64,000 nucleotides of DNA from assembly GCA_964016885.1 (NCBI GenBank), contig OZ024742.1, positions 118,420,001 through 118,484,000 on the forward strand. Direction: 5' to 3'. The DNA comes from Eledone cirrhosa (Eukaryota). The translations under genes and the position numbers were made by a program. The notes under the pieces are model-generated. The model saw only the letters and a program-made list of their open reading frames with translations. It was not told the DNA's origin and did no database searches. Positions 60,792 through 64,000 of this stretch are shown here, one piece after another; position 1 is the first letter of the stretch; every line of letters starts with the position of its first letter.

Positions 60792-61599
60792 GGTGGTGGT
60801 AATATAATTGTTTCTACTTTAGGCACAAGGCCAGCAATTACTCAGTACATTACTGGTACTTTATTTTATCCACCCCGTAAGGATGAAAGTAGTGGTACTA
60901 TAATATAATATAACCAGTCTAGTCAGTATGTAGTACAATACACATTAAGTGAGAATTAGTGTTGACATTTAGGAATGATAAAATATAATAAAATAGAATG
61001 AAGAAAAATTAAGGTTGAAGATAGATAACCATTAAATAAATAAGGAATAAATCAAACGCGAAAAGTAAAGTAAATGGTAGAGAAGTAGAAACAAAAGAGA
61101 GAAAAAAACCAAGGATAACAAGAAGGTGGTAGGTGTGAAAAGTATCAAGATTAGACTATGTCAATGCCTAATATGTATCACAAAATGTATATCCCTACAG
61201 AGATATTAAATATTCTAAGAAATGTATTAGTTTTGTACAGGCATGGAGGAAAGAGGTATTCCTAATACTATCATATAAAGAAAACATTTTGTGCTCAGAG
61301 TTAATAAAAGCATTAGTACACGCGAAGATATTTGCCAACCAAAGATCCTAAGGTGTGTGTCTGATTCCCTAGGAGGGGGGATCTAATAATCCCCCACAGT
61401 AGGTCAAACAGCACCGCTTCGTGGAGTCTCATGTTGCCTATCAATGATAGGTGGTTGGAATTCCCGAGGAACTGCGTGTAATGAGGCAAGGCGTGAGTCT
61501 TACTAAGAGGTTAGGGTAGCCCTGTGAGGTAGTTAGAGATTAATTAGAGACAAAGAGATAGAGCAGAGGGTGGGGGTGATCCATCTAGAACCCTAAGAG

Positions 61600-62470
61600 T
61601 CAGGGTTACTAACCATATAACTTGAGGAAAGTCCTTCGGAGTAGACAAGTCCGAAAGATTTCAGTCCTTCTGATAATTATTTGCGTTCCCCCTCTGAGTA
61701 TCTTAGGGGTCTTAGTCAGAGCCGGCAAATGTTTGAGCCATCTCCACCTGGTGGAAGCTCCCGAACCTTGGACCAATCCAAAGAATATGGGGTCTTGTTC
61801 AGCTTAAGGTTCCAGATCAGTTCCGAAAGGGCCGTGCTTTTAGTTTATCGATCCTATTAAAGGAGTGGTGGTGATTATACCACCTGTCCTTGAGGTTCGT
61901 CAACGCAACTCCAATATACCTATAAGTTGAATTGGGGGTAGTGACCTTGCACTGGTAAACTAGATTTTTCACCTGGCATTTGTTGTCAAACGGGCACGAG
62001 ACAGGCTTTCTGCAGATACATAATTTGGTCGACACCCGTGTATTGCCTGCGGGATGTCTAATGAGCAGACCGGTTCGGTCGGTCACAGTAGCTTGCATAG
62101 GGTCCCTAAAGAAGTCAGGGTTCACCGGGGTAGTTACAGGCTCAGTGTTATCCTTGTCTGGAATATGTTGGGTTCTTCTAGAATTAGTCGGCCCCTGTCT
62201 AAAGTTCCTACACGCTGTCCAGTCTCCGGTGGTAAAGCGACACTGGCCAGCACCATTGTTTCCACGCTGAAGTACTTCACTGTCTGCCCAATTTTGCGCC
62301 CTGTGGTTGAGGACCCACAGGCATGGGTGGTTTACAGTGGCATTCGTTCTGTCTTGCGCATTGCGTTTCTTCAGCGCATACTGGGGAGATGCGGTCCCTG
62401 CGTACATAATGATGCTAGACCCTATTTCTAGGTCCTGAGGTTTTCGGTGAGTATCTGTATTGTGCAACGG
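61600..62470 (-). mobile_element. Decayed Naiad-type PLE GIY-YIG fragment
   Basis: CICRKPVSCPFDNKC, LVY...YIG, LKDRWYNHHHSF; frameshift near 61830. Confidence 0.8.
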
Positions 62471-62787
62471 CGCCCACCTGCTGCTATTTATTCAGTTTTC
62501 TCCTTCTCCAAGACTGGTTTTCGAATGCTCCTGGAGGGTACCACCACCGTAACATTTAGGATTTTAACTAATACGCTAACCATGGGCCGCCTTAGCTAAA
62601 ATTTCATAATACTTCGCATTATTTTTGAAGATCACTTGGAGAATAGTTTATATGCAAACAAGAACCCAAGCCATTTTCCTAATTCAGTTTTAAATAATAG
62701 TTACCTGAATTTTTGATGACGTAAAAACGTATTATGCAACTGTCATTTGAATTTCTACTTGGCGCACATTACATGACCAAATATCTC

Positions 62788-62885
62788 CAAGGTTAACTTT
62801 GCCTTTCATCCTTACGGGGTCGATAAAATAAAGTACCAGTAATGCGCTGGGTAATTGCTTGCCTTGTGCCAAAAAGTAGAAACAA
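62788..62885 (+). mobile_element. 5'-truncated Meta-like SINE with an approximately 20-bp target-site duplication
   Basis: attacatgaccaaatatctc at about 62768 and 62885. Confidence 0.75.
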
Positions 62886-63361
62886 TTACATGACCAAATA
62901 TCTCTTTACAAATTCATTTGGTATTTGTGGTAGCAACCGTTCAAAATATTTGTTGCTTTGTTCTGACACGTCTCTCATCACAAATATTGTGTGTTTTCCT
63001 ACTTCCTTAATGTTTTTTTTTCTTTCTTTCATATATTCTTTTTTTTTTTAAGCTCATATTCTGCAATCGTCTTTTTTTTTTGTTTTATATTCTGCAGTTA
63101 TTTTTCATTGCTTTATAACGTTAAATACACGGTCTCATAACATATTTGCTTTCCTATCTTAAATTTCATTATAGCTATCATTTCCACATATTTGACTCTT
63201 GCTGTTACATTTCATTGCTTCATATCGGCTCACACGCTTTCGCAGAATATTTCGTTTTTAAGAAATAATTGTTAATTGCTTTAACACAGGTAAACATGCT
63301 TTCAGTGTTTTTCTTTTCAAAATATTAAAATGATCACGGTGGCAGTAAAATAACCACCACC

Positions 63362-63481
63362 ATCTTGGCTACTAAGTGCAGTATAGGCACGCTGGTAATA
63401 AAGGAAGCCCTCTTGATTAAGCAACTAAAGCCCTCTACCAATAATAGAATGGAATGGAATGTGGCACAATGGCTAATCTAA
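63362..63481 (+). mobile_element. Possible GIY-YIG C-terminal remnant of a PLE
   Basis: LVIKEALLIKQLKPSTN resembles the EALxI..xPxLN terminus. Confidence 0.4.
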
Positions 63482-64000
63482 CTTGTCCAACCTAAATATA
63501 TCATCGTGCCATCATCCCAGCTGTCCGGTCTAACGAACGTTCGTTTCCTAGCCTAGTTTGGCACGACTAATGTTAGCAGCAGAGAAATTCCTAATTCGCT
63601 TTGAGTGGTCAGCTAGCAGACACTGTTGCAGACCAACTACATTTGCACACCTTTAATCCTTCATCCCTTAAAATCTGTTCTTCACTACACACACACAGTT
63701 ACATCCACGCAAATACGCACGCATATATCATACACATATCGCATACGCAAATAACACGAAACTTTAACGTTTTTTTTTATTCAAAATAAATCGACCAACC
63801 GCACACGACATTTCTGAGGTTTCTCACCGAGTTTCCCCCTTCACGAACTCCCCGGGAAATCCGAAAATATTTAGAATCACTAAAAATGTCCAATATAACT
63901 TTCTATCGTCCTCACTCTTTTATTTCACTCCCTTTTTATTCTTCTACTTTCTTTTTATTCTTCTACTTTCTTATTACCTTGCCATTTTTAACAAACGCGC

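Overview
AT-rich, microsatellite-saturated eukaryotic DNA. The SINE and LINE repertoire suggests a mollusc, probably an octopus-like cephalopod (inference). I find no convincing host protein-coding gene; almost every ORF in the track is a (TA)n, (TG)n, (GA)n or (TATG)n artefact or a retroelement remnant. The window is dominated by Penelope-like retroelements (PLEs) of two clades: Naiad-type with a CxCx5Cx5C finger and Neptune-type with Cx4CxxC/CxxC. These are inserted in (TA)n tracts. Also present are decayed RTE-clade LINEs, a CRE-like fragment, tRNA-derived SINEs, a non-autonomous Helitron and an internally deleted Chapaev3 DNA transposon. The most striking signal is a set of about 20 hammerhead-ribozyme (HHR) motifs from many unrelated PLE-end families, read by eye and mostly lying a short distance from a (TA)n junction. 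Three families carry a compensatory U3-A8 core (UUGANAA) and one of them also has GCAA in place of GAAA. Many short (TA)n-embedded inserts are fold-back palindromes whose symmetry axis lies inside or at the edge of the ribozyme, which suggests ribozyme-structure-directed snap-back during integration. All structures were inferred manually; no folding or database search was run.
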